Shown here: piece after piece, positions 9,335-19,583 of the stretch | How positions within the stretch are numbered: position 1 is the first letter of the stretch | Layout of the letters: every line of letters starts with the position of its first letter | Notes under the pieces: generated by a model | Seen by the model: the letters and a program-made list of their open reading frames with translations, nothing else | What the model was told of the DNA's origin: nothing | Databases searched by the model: none | DNA from: a virus | Lineage: Duplodnaviria > Caudoviricetes | Virus record (IMG/VR): IMGVR_UViG_2836880742_000002 | Location: 1 to 64,000 of that record | Length of the DNA stretch: 64,000 bases | Direction: 5' to 3' (one strand) | Position numbers and translations under genes: made by a program

Positions 9335-10474
9335 ATGGAAGAGGACAAGAATTATATCAGTCTGATACATGGCGACCTGACGAGGGCGACCCAAGTGCAG
9401 CACGGAATGCCGGACAGCATCGGTGTAATGAGTATCAAGACCGCCAACCGGACGATACTTGAAGCATCGCTGTTGCCCACGCCCCGTGCGCTGTGGGACA
9501 GTTTCTGGTATGAGGGGGAACTGTCCTGCCTCTTTGCGGATTCCAATGTGGGCAAGTCCATCCTTGCTGTGCAGATAGCCGACCGTATCGCCCGGACGGA
9601 CAATGTGCTGTATCTGGATTTTGAACTGTCCGAAAAGCAGTTCCAGCTCCGCTATACCAACGAGCATGGGAAGCCCTACACCTTTCCCGAAAGGCTGTAC
9701 CGGGTTTCGCTTGACTGCAATTCGTTGCTGGAAGCCGATTTCGAGGAAGCCATCATGGGAGGTATCGAACAGATGGCTCTGCAAACCGGGTGCAAGATTT
9801 TCATCGTTGACAATCTTACCTATCTGTGCTGTGCTATGGAGAAGGGCGATGCGGCAGGACGGCTGATGATACAGCTCAACAACCTCAAAAAGAAATACGG
9901 GTTGTCCGTCCTTGTGCTGGCGCATACGCCAAAACGCTCTTTGGACTGCCCCATCACGTCCAACGACCTTGCCGGCAGCAAACGGCTCTACAATTTCTTT
10001 GACAGCGTGTTCGCCATCGGGAAGAGTGCGCAGGATGGAGAGCTTCGCTATGTAAAACAGCTCAAAGTCCGATATGGGACATTCTCCCACGATGCGGACA
10101 ATGTAATCATCTATGAGATTGAGAAGGTGGACGCTTTCCTGCAATTTGTGTTCAGGGGCTATTCAACGGAAAAAGAACACCTGAAAAAACTTGGCGACAA
10201 TGAATCCAGCCAGAGGGACTGCCAAATATTACAATTGTCCCGGTCGGGAAAGTCCGTCAGGGAAATAGCCTCACAGGTAAATTGCGGAAAATCCACTGTC
10301 AGCCGGATAATCCAGCGCAACAGGAAAGTGGAGGAATCTACTGTTCCAAGTGTCCCGCTGTCCCAACCCGGAGGAAACGGGACGGTGGGACAATATGGGA
10401 CAGGTGGGACAACGGAGGAAACAAGGCAGACGGAGTTGTTTATCGGTCAGGAAAGAGAGGAGGACAAGCCATGA
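9335..10474 (+). CDS. RecA/AAA-type ATPase (helicase-like) with C-terminal HTH
   Basis: Walker A ADSNVGKS, YLDFELS, IVDNL, LAHTPK, LAGSK. Confidence 0.8.
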   Translation: MEEDKNYISLIHGDLTRATQVQHGMPDSIGVMSIKTANRTILEASLLPTPRALWDSFWYEGELSCLFADSNVGKSILAVQIADRIARTDNVLYLDFELSEKQFQLRYTNEHGKPYTFPERLYRVSLDCNSLLEADFEEAIMGGIEQMALQTGCKIFIVDNLTYLCCAMEKGDAAGRLMIQLNNLKKKYGLSVLVLAHTPKRSLDCPITSNDLAGSKRLYNFFDSVFAIGKSAQDGELRYVKQLKVRYGTFSHDADNVIIYEIEKVDAFLQFVFRGYSTEKEHLKKLGDNESSQRDCQILQLSRSGKSVREIASQVNCGKSTVSRIIQRNRKVEESTVPSVPLSQPGGNGTVGQYGTGGTTEETRQTELFIGQEREEDKP

Positions 10475-10615
10475 AACAACCTGTACATATCTGTATGAAG
10501 GATAACCGCCTTGTTTATCAGAACGGTAATAGTACAAGCGGGAATCTGATTTCCCAAAGTGTCCCAAGGTGTCCCACTGTCCCGACCCACAGGACGTGGG
10601 ACAATGGGACAGGAC
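10342..10615. repeat. Two clusters of convergent TGTCCC/GGGACA hexamers (iteron-like)
   Basis: 10342-10411 and 10560-10615 each have 3 TGT(C/T)CC followed by GGGAC(A)/GGAC copies. Confidence 0.65.
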
Positions 10616-10651
10616 GGTAATAATTTCATTGAAAAATAGAGGAGGCAAGCA

Positions 10652-11764
10652 ATGGGTAATTATACATTACAGAAATATAAAGGAACGGCAACACGGCATA
10701 CCTGCCCCAGCTGCGGGGACAAGCGTTCTTTCACATACTATGTGGATGAAAGCGGTACGCCCCTGCACCCGTCTGTCGGCAGGTGCAACCATGAAAGTAG
10801 CTGCGGGTATCATTACACTCCAAAGGAGTATTTCCATGACCACCCCGAATGCCGTACTGCCAACGGTTTATCTTTTGGCAGGCAGAGGTCAGAACGGAAG
10901 TCTGTGCAGATACCACCACAAGCAACCATAGGCTGCATACCGCCAAAGTATGTGGAGAGGTCGCAAAGCGTGCATAGCAATTTTTTCCGCTTCATTTCAT
11001 CGCTCCTTGGTTCCTATTACGGCAGCACGGCAAAGGAAGTGTTGAAGAGGTTGCTGGAAGAGTACCGTTTGGGAGCTACCCGTGACGGGGCTGTCATCTT
11101 CTGGCAGATAGACCGCACAGGCAGGGTACGCACGGGCAAGGTGATGCAGTACAATCCCAATGACGGACACCGTGTCAAGGACGGACAGGCATCGGCAGTG
11201 GACTGGATACACAGCCTGCTTAAAAGGCGGCATGAGCTGGCAGAGGAATGGCAACTGTCCCAATGCTTGTTCGGTGAACACCTGCTGGGCACTTATCCTG
11301 ACAAGGTCGTGGTCTTGGTGGAATCTGAAAAGAGTGCCGTTATCGGCTCTGCCATCTTCCCCGGCTATGTATGGCTGGCGACAGGCGGCAAGAGCCAGTT
11401 GGGAGAGGAAAAGCTCCGTGTGCTGACCGGGCGCACCGTGCTCTTCTTTCCCGATGCGGACGGATATGAGGAATGGAAACAGCGTGCCGAAAACATGACT
11501 TTTTGCAAGACGGTCGTGTCCGACATCATTGAGAAGAATGCCACCCCGGAACAGAAAGCGGCACACATAGACATAGCCGACTGGATTGTCTTCCAGATAC
11601 GGGAAAGCAAAATAAATTGTACAGCCGACCACTTGGTGGAGGCGGAAAGAATCCTCTGCCGGATGATAGAAAAGAATCCCGTCCTGCAAAAGCTGATAGA
11701 TGATTTTGACCTCGTACTGGTCGGTGCATCCCCAATCGGCAGCAGCGGCGAAAACCCTCCATAA
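10652..11764 (+). CDS. Zn-ribbon/Toprim primase-like protein (DUF6371 type)
   Basis: CPSCG...GRCNHESSCGYH; VESEKSA, WLATGG, FPDAD Toprim motifs. Confidence 0.8.
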   Translation: MGNYTLQKYKGTATRHTCPSCGDKRSFTYYVDESGTPLHPSVGRCNHESSCGYHYTPKEYFHDHPECRTANGLSFGRQRSERKSVQIPPQATIGCIPPKYVERSQSVHSNFFRFISSLLGSYYGSTAKEVLKRLLEEYRLGATRDGAVIFWQIDRTGRVRTGKVMQYNPNDGHRVKDGQASAVDWIHSLLKRRHELAEEWQLSQCLFGEHLLGTYPDKVVVLVESEKSAVIGSAIFPGYVWLATGGKSQLGEEKLRVLTGRTVLFFPDADGYEEWKQRAENMTFCKTVVSDIIEKNATPEQKAAHIDIADWIVFQIRESKINCTADHLVEAERILCRMIEKNPVLQKLIDDFDLVLVGASPIGSSGENPP

Positions 11765-11818
11765 CGGAGAAGAATGGAAGCCGTAGGCTGTGGGTAAAAG
11801 ACAATGGCTTGCCATTGA

Positions 11819-11863
11819 TATAGCCCACTATAACTACACGCTCCGCTTTCGTAGTTGTGGGCT
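11819..11863. other. Putative oriT
   Basis: Minus strand GTTATAGTGGGCTATA resembles the pMV158-type MOB_V nic region; inverted repeat AGCCCAC..AACTAC/GTAGTTGTGGGCT; 15-bp direct repeat at 11912 and 11972; upstream of relaxase. Confidence 0.6.
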
Positions 11864-12047
11864 CTCCCGAGGGGATTAAGGCTTTGCCCTAATAACCCAC
11901 TCAGGGCGTTTCACCCCTAAGAACCCAGAGCAAAGAGTGACCCTCTCTTTGCAATCTTCGCTTATGGGTTGCACCCCTAAGAACCCCGTGCGGTTATGAG
12001 CGGACAGCAATAAGTTTAATCAACAACCCAAATCAAATTTTGAGAAT

Positions 12048-13514
12048 ATGGCTACAAAAAGCAGCATACACATCAAGCCTTGCAAGACCTCGTCAAGCGA
12101 GGCTCATAACCGAAGGACTGCCGAGTATATGCGCAATATCGGCAAGTCCAAAATCTACATCGTGCCCGAACTCACTGCCAATAATGAGCAGTGGATAAAT
12201 CCCGGCTTCGGCAATCCCGACCTGCAGGCGCACTATGACTACATCAAGCAGATGGTCAAGGAAAAGACAGGTCGTGCCATGCAGGAAAAGGAGCGTGAAC
12301 GCAAGAGAAAGAACGGAAAGATAATCAAGGTGGCGGGATGCTCGCCAATCCGTGAGGGCGTGTTGCTCATCCGACCGGACACGACACTGGCAGACGTGCA
12401 CAAGTTTGGCGAGGAATGCCAAAGACGTTGGGGCATCACACCGCTCCAAATCTTCCTGCACAAAGACGAGGGGCATTGGCTGGGCGGACAACCCACCCAA
12501 GAAGACAAAGAAAGTTTCAAGGTGGGCGAAAAATGGTTCAAGCCAAATTACCATGCGCATATCGTGTTCGACTGGATGAACCATGACACAGGCAAGAGCC
12601 GCAAGCTCAATGACGAGGATATGACCGAAATGCAAAGTCTGGCATCCGACATTCTCCTGATGGAGCGTGGGCAGTCAAAGGCTGTTACAGGCAAGATACA
12701 TTTAGAGCGAAACGATTTCATCATTGAGAAGCAGAAAGAGGAAATGAAGCGTCTTGACGCTACAAGGCAGTACAGGGAGCATCAGTTGGAAATAGCGAAT
12801 AAGAAAATGCAGGAAACGGAAACCATAACCAACGCCCTTATCGAAAAGGCAAATGAAAAGGAACGGCAGAGTGAATACCTTGACAGGGCTATCAGCGAGA
12901 AACGCTCCAAGCTGAACAGGGAAAAAGGGAGCGAACTTCTGAATGCCGCTGTCGGCTGGGCTACCGGGAAATCGAAAGCCCTGAAAAATGAAATAGAGGA
13001 TTTGCGCAGCGAAATTTCCACGCACGAGGAAACCATTGAGCGGTTACAGGATAAAATCCAGACCATACAGAGTGACCACCACCGGGAACTGATGAAACTG
13101 GAAAGTAGGCATCAATCAGAGTTGAGCCGCAAGGAAGCAGAACATGCACAGGAAACCACAAGGCTTAAAAACCGGATTGCATGGCAAAGCCATATCATCG
13201 GCTGCCTCAGTTTCCTGCTGCTAAAAACAAACGACATCTTCCGCAAGGCTGTTCACTGTATTGTTCATTTTGCCCGTGATTATTACAAGCCCCGTTTTGA
13301 TACGGAACAGGTGTCGGACATCAAAAGTGCCCTTAACCTGTTTGGGGAGGACAGGCAATCACATCGGGCGGCAGGTGATTTCCTGTATTTCACAGCCAAG
13401 CAAAAGGGCGGGTTTGACAATCGGGAGCAAATCAAAGCCAGACGGGAAGTAGATAATGTGGTAGAGGGACATTATGACCAACAGCAGAAAAGAGGTTTTT
13501 CTATGAGAAGATAA
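12048..13514 (+). CDS. MOB_V (Mob/Pre) relaxase
   Basis: HNRR motif I; HKDEG...NYHAH motif III; long coiled-coil C-terminus. Confidence 0.85.
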   Translation: MATKSSIHIKPCKTSSSEAHNRRTAEYMRNIGKSKIYIVPELTANNEQWINPGFGNPDLQAHYDYIKQMVKEKTGRAMQEKERERKRKNGKIIKVAGCSPIREGVLLIRPDTTLADVHKFGEECQRRWGITPLQIFLHKDEGHWLGGQPTQEDKESFKVGEKWFKPNYHAHIVFDWMNHDTGKSRKLNDEDMTEMQSLASDILLMERGQSKAVTGKIHLERNDFIIEKQKEEMKRLDATRQYREHQLEIANKKMQETETITNALIEKANEKERQSEYLDRAISEKRSKLNREKGSELLNAAVGWATGKSKALKNEIEDLRSEISTHEETIERLQDKIQTIQSDHHRELMKLESRHQSELSRKEAEHAQETTRLKNRIAWQSHIIGCLSFLLLKTNDIFRKAVHCIVHFARDYYKPRFDTEQVSDIKSALNLFGEDRQSHRAAGDFLYFTAKQKGGFDNREQIKARREVDNVVEGHYDQQQKRGFSMRR

Positions 13515-13550
13515 TTCTCTTAATTTGTATAATAACTTTTTGCAATAAGA

Positions 13551-13586
13551 ATAGCCTAATAGAGTTTTAGGATTCCATTAGGCTAT
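13551..13586. terminator. Hairpin between convergent mob and hsdR
   Basis: ATAGCCTAAT...ATTAGGCTAT. Confidence 0.5.
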
Positions 13587-13602
13587 CTTGTTCTATTTTA
13601 CG

Positions 13603-16600
13603 CTAACTTTCGTCATCTGAATCCGCATAAAGTTCGCATTGACGGATAACGGTTTCGAGGGCTGCTTCTTGTTCTTCAGGCGGGTACTTGTACTTTTTGA
13701 GCAATCGTTTTACCAGAGAGCGCATCTTGGCACGAGCTGATTCTTTCTGTCGCCAATCAATGGTTTTACTACTGCGTAAGGCTTCAGTCAATTCCTTTGC
13801 CATAGCAACAAGTTGGTCGTTTTCATAGAAATCCCGTACAGCTTGCGGTTTTGTCAAGGCATCATAAAAAGCTTGTTCTTCTTCGGTCAGCCCCAATTCA
13901 GACGCTTGTTCTGCATTAGCTTTCAACTCTTGTGCCATTTTAAGGAGTTCCTTGATAACTTCCTCGTTGGAAATCAATCCACGCAAATATTCGGCAAGAC
14001 GGGCATCGAGCATTTCGCTGAATTTCTCGGCTTCAACCATTCTCTTTTTAGCGTGCTTTTTTATATGCTCTTCAAGCAAGCGTTTGAGCAGTTCGAGTGC
14101 AAAGTTTTTCTCTTTCATCTCGGCAATTTCTTTCAGGAAATTCTCATCAAAAAGAGAAAATTCAGAGCCTTTGGTATTGAGTATTTCCACCACGCCATCT
14201 GCTTTGATTGCGACTTTGAGCAACTGCGTAATACGCTCATCTATGATTTTTCGAGTAATCTGCTTATTCCCGGAAAGACGTGACAGTAATGTCCTTACAG
14301 CTTCAAAATATGCCTCTTCAAAACGCTCAGCAGGAGTCAGCAAACTGCGACAAAGTGAAGCCGCTTGCGACAAACGCTTGCTTTCTTCCATAAAGACTTT
14401 TTGAGCTTCAGAAGAAACTTTATCTTGAGCAGCAGGTTCTGATGGGACAAGATTATTCTTATCAAGTAACACATTTACACCACCTCTAATGAGGTTGGCT
14501 CGTTGCAGATTTGAACAATCAGAAAAAGCAGAATAATCATAGCCGTTCAGACATTCCCGACATCGCTTTAAAGCTGAAACAAACTGCTGATAAGCGGTTG
14601 TCTTGATATTTGGGTCTCCGAAGCGTTTTTTGTCGCGTCCTGTATAATCGTGCATGGCTTTTTTCAGAGCTTTGGCAATACCGATATAATCCACCACCAA
14701 ACCGCCGCTTTTTTCAGGAAATACACGGTTTACCCGAGCGATAGCCTGCATCAGATTATGTCCTTTCATCGGCTTGTAAACATACATTGTTGCAAGCGAG
14801 GGCACATCAAATCCCGTGAGCCACATATCCACGACAATAGCGATTTTCAGGGATGAGTTGTTATCCTTAAACTGGCGAGCCAGCTCCTCCTTCCTTGCGC
14901 CCGAGCCGATAATATCGTTCCATTCTACGGGGTCTTGGTTTCCTTGCGTCATAACCACAGCGATAATCTCTTTCCACTGTGGACGAAGTTCTATCAGTTT
15001 TTTATAGATGTCTATCCCGGTGGCTCGGTCAATCGCTACAATCATGGCTTTTCCTGTAAGCAGGTCGGCACGGTTATTCTCGTAATGGTCTATGATGTCC
15101 TTGCATAATGTGTCAATAGTCTGCGGGGCTGAAAGCAGGGCATGAAGCCGTGCATTTTCATCCTTGGAGCGTTTAATGTCCTGCTCCTCCGCCCCCTCTT
15201 CAGCAAGTTTGTCATACTCGCTGTCAAGCAATCTGAGTGTGTCATCATCCAAATCCAATTTCAGCAGGCGGCTTTCATAATAGACAGGAACAGTTGCCCC
15301 ATCTTCCACAGCTTGGGTCATATCGTAAATGTCGATATAGTTGCCGAAAACCTCCCTTGTATCGTTATCGTCTTGTTCGATGGGAGTACCCGTAAAGCCG
15401 ATAAATGCGGCATGAGGCAAAAGTTTACGCACAATAGCTGCAAAACCGAGTTTCAACTCTCCTGTTTCAGTATCTATTTTTGTTTTGGTGTTTGATTGTG
15501 TACGGTGGGCTTCATCACTAATCACAATCACATCAGAACGGTTGGTGATTAATTTTTCACGGTCTTTGAATTTCTGGATATTGGCAAAGATAATACCGTG
15601 ACTTTTACGCTTTTCAAGCAATTCATATAAATGTTCTCCATCGGTAGCCTTGACAGGCTTTTGACGTAAATAATCGCTGCAAGCTGCAAAGGTACTGTGC
15701 AGTTGATCATTCAAGTCAAGACGGTCAGTTAGTACAAGCAGGGTTGCACTCAACAGATTCTTTAAAAGCTGGTGGGCATAGAACACCATCGAAAGACTTT
15801 TACCTGAGCCCTGTGTATGCCAAAATACACCGATTTTTCCGTCTTTACGTTGCAGGGCTTGCTTGGTACATTCGAGAGCTTTCTTTACAGCAAAATATTG
15901 ATGATAGCCTGCAAGAATACGGGCTTTTTTATCCACTCCCATCGTGAGAGTAAAATCAGCAATAATATCAATGAAACGATGTTTGACAAAGATACCATTG
16001 AAGAAAGTTTCAAAATCGGCAAATGCCGTGCTTTCATAACTTCCGTCTGTGGTTTTCCACTCCATATATCGGTCGAGTGGTGCAGTAATCGTACCCACCC
16101 GAGTGTCTGCCATATCACTTATTACGAGCATTTGACAAACAGTAAAGAGCTGTGGAACAATACGCATATAGTTTTGCAACTGTTGGTGGGCTTCCTCCGA
16201 ATTAGTAACTTCACGAGAAGGAGACTTCAATTCAAAGACGGAGACAGGCAAACCGTTGATGAATACCACGATGTCAGCACGTTTGGTAGATTTGCCATTT
16301 ACTACAGTCCATTGATTAGCTACAACAAAAGAGTTATTGTCTATATGGTCAGGGTTCGTTTCGATTATCTTGATATGGTCGCTGCGTAATGTGCCTTGAG
16401 CAGTCTTAAAAGTCACATCCAAACCGTTTTGTATCCAATCGGTAAGAGTAATATTCGCACCAACCAAAGGTAAACTGAATTGTTCGCGTATTTGACGGAT
16501 GGCTTCATCTACGGCTGCGGCTTTGTCTGTTCCATTGATGACCAACATTGCCTTACGCAATACTCCCGGTATGGTTGCATCAGTAAGTTCCCGACCTGTT

Positions 16601-16707
16601 TCGGCTTCAAGTTCCGGACCATAATGATATTCATAGCCCATTCCCTTGAACAATGAGATTATTGATTGCTCATATGAATCTTCTGTAAAATAGAACGTAT
16701 TAGGCAT
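13603..16707 (-). CDS. hsdR: Type I restriction endonuclease subunit R
   Basis: VFELKS, HTQGSGKS, DEAHR, FTGTP, LTGFD, QAIARVNR. Confidence 0.96.
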   Translation of the reverse strand: MPNTFYFTEDSYEQSIISLFKGMGYEYHYGPELEAETGRELTDATIPGVLRKAMLVINGTDKAAAVDEAIRQIREQFSLPLVGANITLTDWIQNGLDVTFKTAQGTLRSDHIKIIETNPDHIDNNSFVVANQWTVVNGKSTKRADIVVFINGLPVSVFELKSPSREVTNSEEAHQQLQNYMRIVPQLFTVCQMLVISDMADTRVGTITAPLDRYMEWKTTDGSYESTAFADFETFFNGIFVKHRFIDIIADFTLTMGVDKKARILAGYHQYFAVKKALECTKQALQRKDGKIGVFWHTQGSGKSLSMVFYAHQLLKNLLSATLLVLTDRLDLNDQLHSTFAACSDYLRQKPVKATDGEHLYELLEKRKSHGIIFANIQKFKDREKLITNRSDVIVISDEAHRTQSNTKTKIDTETGELKLGFAAIVRKLLPHAAFIGFTGTPIEQDDNDTREVFGNYIDIYDMTQAVEDGATVPVYYESRLLKLDLDDDTLRLLDSEYDKLAEEGAEEQDIKRSKDENARLHALLSAPQTIDTLCKDIIDHYENNRADLLTGKAMIVAIDRATGIDIYKKLIELRPQWKEIIAVVMTQGNQDPVEWNDIIGSGARKEELARQFKDNNSSLKIAIVVDMWLTGFDVPSLATMYVYKPMKGHNLMQAIARVNRVFPEKSGGLVVDYIGIAKALKKAMHDYTGRDKKRFGDPNIKTTAYQQFVSALKRCRECLNGYDYSAFSDCSNLQRANLIRGGVNVLLDKNNLVPSEPAAQDKVSSEAQKVFMEESKRLSQAASLCRSLLTPAERFEEAYFEAVRTLLSRLSGNKQITRKIIDERITQLLKVAIKADGVVEILNTKGSEFSLFDENFLKEIAEMKEKNFALELLKRLLEEHIKKHAKKRMVEAEKFSEMLDARLAEYLRGLISNEEVIKELLKMAQELKANAEQASELGLTEEEQAFYDALTKPQAVRDFYENDQLVAMAKELTEALRSSKTIDWRQKESARAKMRSLVKRLLKKYKYPPEEQEAALETVIRQCELYADSDDES

Positions 16708-17248
16708 AATAGATTGGAATTAAATTATCATTTATACGGCGGTTCAACTCGATTTTGCTATCAAGTGAAGAAAGAATTGAAGCTATCTTTTCTTGCGTTT
16801 CCAAATCTGGTACTTCAACCTCATAGTTGGAGAATGAACTTTTATTTATAATAGGTACGGCAGTGGAAGTTTTACTAAGATAATTCAATTCCTTACCGAC
16901 CAATGTCATGAGATAATACACAAAATCAGCATCAAACCGCCGATTGGGGATAATAGAATTAAACTGTTGGTTGGTTATAGTTGGTTCTGATGTCATTACG
17001 ACCTTACCCAAATCAGTACCAATACAACTTACGCACACAGAGTGCGGAGGGAGCAAACAATTTTTCACTTCGTTCAATCCTTGTTCTGTAAGGGTCTTAC
17101 CTGTTTTAGGAACGGACTTATAAGATAAGTCATCTGATGGGGTAAGAAAAGGAATATCACCGCCATAGTTTTCAACAATAGATGTTCTGGGAGTTTTCCC
17201 AGTAACAACTTTGCCAATATCTGATATGTGTATTTTCTTTAGCTCCAT
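16700..17248 (-). CDS. hsdS: hsdS 5' half (single N-terminal TRD) ending at the recombination core
   Basis: One TRD then QEKIASILSSLDSKIELNRRINDNL, then an unrelated 7-aa tail. Confidence 0.85.
   Translation of the reverse strand: MELKKIHISDIGKVVTGKTPRTSIVENYGGDIPFLTPSDDLSYKSVPKTGKTLTEQGLNEVKNCLLPPHSVCVSCIGTDLGKVVMTSEPTITNQQFNSIIPNRRFDADFVYYLMTLVGKELNYLSKTSTAVPIINKSSFSNYEVEVPDLETQEKIASILSSLDSKIELNRRINDNLIPIYYA
16721..16746. repeat. hsdS recombination repeat copy C
   Basis: 26-bp identity with 17937-17962; contains core TAAATTATCATTT. Confidence 0.85.
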
Positions 17249-17264
17249 AAATGAGAATTTAGCA
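17244..17264. repeat. 21-bp direct repeat over the hsdS start codon
   Basis: TCCATAAATGAGAATTTAGCA, identical to 18466-18486. Confidence 0.85.
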
Positions 17265-18470
17265 ATTAAATTCGTTAATTTTTAGCTCGCCAGACATCAG
17301 CTTCGGGAGAAGCGAATCTCGCAAAGAAATGAATTTTTCATTTTGATCCGTATTCTTTATCATAACCTCTTTCATTTTCAAATAGAGGTTATTAAACTCA
17401 ACTACAACATCAGATGTTGGGTATATTATTTTTATAAGCGACAAATCATTATAGCCGAGCGATTGTCTGACTCCACCAATAGCTCTTAAAGCAACTTCGT
17501 CTTTGAACATAGCTGTTCTTTTGAAAAAGTCGAAGAAATACTGGTAATTAGGTTCACACTCAAAAACGACATAGACTGGGCTAACACAACCCACAAAGTC
17601 GAAAGTATTTAACCCGATTGAGCCAATGTTAATACGAGCTGGATTATAAGCAAATGATAAAGGGTTGACAATTAGATATTTTGATAAGTCTTTGCTAAAT
17701 ACTTGTTTGGTGAAGTATTCTTCTGACAATACCAATTCTCCTGAATTTATAGGAGACAGCACTGTCACATCTTCACGATTGCCAACCTTTTCTGTTATTT
17801 GCTTTGTGACTTCACCTAAGCTAACAACTCTCCAACCTTTGGGTATCAATCCAAGCTCTGAATCTACAAATTCACCGCCTCTGAATGGCTCGAAGTCTAC
17901 GAACCACGACTTGAACAACGCCTGCGCCTGCTGCTCTAAATTATCATTTATACGGCGGTTCAGTTCAATTTTATCATCGAAGGAGGAAAGAATATCAGCA
18001 ATACATCTCTGCTCTTCAAGTTTTGGCAATAAAATAGGTATTTCAGCCATTAGCTTTGTGTTAATAGAAGGCATTGTTGCACCAACTGCTATACTCTTAA
18101 TATATTGCTTAACAGACTCTTTGCAGAAATAGTAATATAAAAATAATGGATGGCAATTATTGCCACATCTAACGCGCAAGCATCTACCAGAAAAAAGCCA
18201 ATCATTTTCAGCCGAAGTTACATATGAGCATCTATCTACAGAGCCAACGCGACTAAATACTATATCCCCCTCTTGTAGCAAATATTTAGAAAGCCTCTTT
18301 TTATCATCATCAGAGACCAATGGCAGATTTTGTTTTGAAAATCGCCTATTCCCTAAGTGCTCAACTGTTACTATAGGAGTTCCAGTCGAAACATAGTCTT
18401 CATTATGTAATTGACTGCCAAAAGGACCAGTCCGTACCTCTGCAATATCTGATAATTTATATTCTTCCAT
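17259..18470 (-). CDS. hsdS: Complete type I specificity subunit (two TRDs)
   Basis: TRD - ELNRRINDNLEQQAQALFKSWF - TRD - LRDSLLPKLMSGEL; start reassigned to ATG 18470. Confidence 0.93.
   Translation of the reverse strand: MEEYKLSDIAEVRTGPFGSQLHNEDYVSTGTPIVTVEHLGNRRFSKQNLPLVSDDDKKRLSKYLLQEGDIVFSRVGSVDRCSYVTSAENDWLFSGRCLRVRCGNNCHPLFLYYYFCKESVKQYIKSIAVGATMPSINTKLMAEIPILLPKLEEQRCIADILSSFDDKIELNRRINDNLEQQAQALFKSWFVDFEPFRGGEFVDSELGLIPKGWRVVSLGEVTKQITEKVGNREDVTVLSPINSGELVLSEEYFTKQVFSKDLSKYLIVNPLSFAYNPARINIGSIGLNTFDFVGCVSPVYVVFECEPNYQYFFDFFKRTAMFKDEVALRAIGGVRQSLGYNDLSLIKIIYPTSDVVVEFNNLYLKMKEVMIKNTDQNEKFISLRDSLLPKLMSGELKINEFNC
17937..17962. repeat. hsdS recombination repeat copy B
   Basis: Core TAAATTATCATTT shared with 16721-16733 and 20313-20325. 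Confidence 0.85.
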
Positions 18471-18480
18471 AAATGAGAAT

Positions 18481-19581
18481 TTAGCAGTTAGTTTGACCAT
18501 CCAATTTATCTTCTATCTCTTTGATTGATGGCATTGTACCTTCAACCTTTTCAGGATAGAGCTTTTCAAGCTCATATTCGGATATTCCGAGAGGCTGGCT
18601 GCTTGATTCCAGCGCATATTGAGCCAATGTGTTGTTCTTCTGCTTACAAATAAGCAATCCGATTGTGGGATTGTCTCGTCCCTCTTTGCGAAGTAGATGA
18701 TTACAAGCGACAACGTAACCACCCAACTGACCTGCGTCAGCAAAATCGAATTCTCCGATTTTTACTTCAACTACGACATAGCAAGATAATCTGAGATTAT
18801 AGAAAAGCAGGTCTATAAATTTTTCCTTCTCAGCTATTTGCAAGCGATACTCTTTGCCTACATAGGCGAATCCGGTACCAAGTTCCAACAAAAAATTAGT
18901 GATATTGGTCAGCAGTGTATCTTTCAGTTTGCGTTCATTGTATTTCCCACGCAAACCAGTGAAAGAGAAATCGTAGGGGTCGCGTGTTAATTCCTGTGCC
19001 AAATCGCTATCCACATCTGGAAGTGTATTCTTAAAATTTGTCAGAGCCTTACCACTTCGCTCATACAGATTTGTACCCAACATATTCAGCAATATATCTC
19101 TACTCCAACCATTTTCCAATGTTTGGCGTACATAGAACAAAGCCTTACTTGAATCATTGGAACATTTGTCTATGATATAGCGGTGATGCCCCCAAGGTAT
19201 TGAAAACAAATCGGAGTATAATCTTTCCACAAGTTGTGGAAGATTTTCCTTTTCAGATTCTTCCACAACTTGTGGAAGAATTGCAACCTGTTGGTTATAA
19301 AGGGTATAAAATCGCTTTGCGTATCGAATTGAAGTTTCGGACAGTCCTTCAACATCAGGCATTTCATGACGCAAGTCACGGCTTAATGTAGCGTAAAACT
19401 TACTGCCATACTTGTTATCTGCTTGTTTCTCCTCAATATCTTTACCAAGCTCCCAATAATAGCGCAGCAGTTCTTTATTCACCTTTATTGCTGCCTTGAT
19501 TTGGCTACCACGATAACGCTTTACAAGCTCATCAACCCATAAAGAGTAATCCTTATCTAATATGCCGATTGATTTATCCAT
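18481..19581 (-). CDS. YhcG/DUF1016 PD-(D/E)xK nuclease-family protein
   Basis: YWELGKDI, IPWGHH, RDPYDF, LLELGTGFAYVG, IDLLFY...VVVEVK, PTIGLLIC. Confidence 0.9.
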   Translation of the reverse strand: MDKSIGILDKDYSLWVDELVKRYRGSQIKAAIKVNKELLRYYWELGKDIEEKQADNKYGSKFYATLSRDLRHEMPDVEGLSETSIRYAKRFYTLYNQQVAILPQVVEESEKENLPQLVERLYSDLFSIPWGHHRYIIDKCSNDSSKALFYVRQTLENGWSRDILLNMLGTNLYERSGKALTNFKNTLPDVDSDLAQELTRDPYDFSFTGLRGKYNERKLKDTLLTNITNFLLELGTGFAYVGKEYRLQIAEKEKFIDLLFYNLRLSCYVVVEVKIGEFDFADAGQLGGYVVACNHLLRKEGRDNPTIGLLICKQKNNTLAQYALESSSQPLGISEYELEKLYPEKVEGTMPSIKEIEDKLDGQTNC

Positions 19582-19583
19582 AA

